DNA of 38,866 nucleotides, taken from Candidatus Aminicenantales bacterium (GTDB lineage: Bacteria; Acidobacteriota; Aminicenantia; Aminicenantales; Saccharicenantaceae). The notes beneath the pieces were generated by a model. That model was given only the letters and a program-made list of their open reading frames with translations, was not told the DNA's origin and did no database searches. Shown one piece after another: positions 38,702 to 38,866 of the stretch (its first letter is position 1; the number at the start of each line of letters is the position of its first letter). The stretch covers positions 124,001 through 162,866 of the forward strand of contig JBEKXF010000005.1 in NCBI GenBank assembly GCA_049512315.1. The letters run 5' to 3'. A program made the translations under genes and the position numbers.

Positions 38702-38771
38702 AGGAGCGTCAGATATTCTGTGTAAACCCCTTCTTCGCATTTAAGCACGTTCCCCCAAACGGTCGCCAAAA
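38702..38771 (-). mobile_element. IS256-family right-end remnant
   Basis: Inverted copy of 29947-30014 (62/68); encodes FGDRLGERA* followed by the TIR. Confidence 0.75.
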
Positions 38772-38866
38772 GCAATCCCGTCAAGAACAGGGCGATGATT
38801 CCAACCTGGAATATCTTATTCCTTAAACCCTGCTTTCTGTCGTCTACCATAATTCCCGGGCTTATG

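Overview
The window is bacterial and GC-rich. Its gene style (Oar-like TonB-dependent receptor, GWxTD protein) suggests Aminicenantes/Acidobacteriota, which is an inference. It has three parts. (1) 1-10.1 kb is housekeeping and envelope DNA: lipoprotein, lepA, tatA, ROK kinase, TonB-dependent receptor, GWxTD protein and a B12-binding radical SAM enzyme. (2) About 10.2-29.2 kb is an integrated satellite-like element. It encodes an AEP primase-helicase with a repeat-rich putative origin, a cargo region with two HEPN-type candidate defence loci, a catalytic-domain-only tyrosine recombinase, an HTH protein, two tandem paralogues of unknown function, and a large terminase fused to a zinc finger. 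No portal, capsid or tail genes are recognisable. Three cargo blocks are each bounded by their own imperfect direct repeat. (3) About 29.9-38.8 kb is a methionine biosynthesis cluster (MeTr, YitJ-like HMT-MTHFR, aspartokinase, asd, metA, metY) bracketed by inverted IS256-family end remnants. It has a candidate leader-peptide attenuator ending Cys-Met-Ile-Met and an apparent ATT start codon on the YitJ-like gene. No tRNA, rRNA or CRISPR array was seen. All family assignments come from motif recognition by eye, not database searches.
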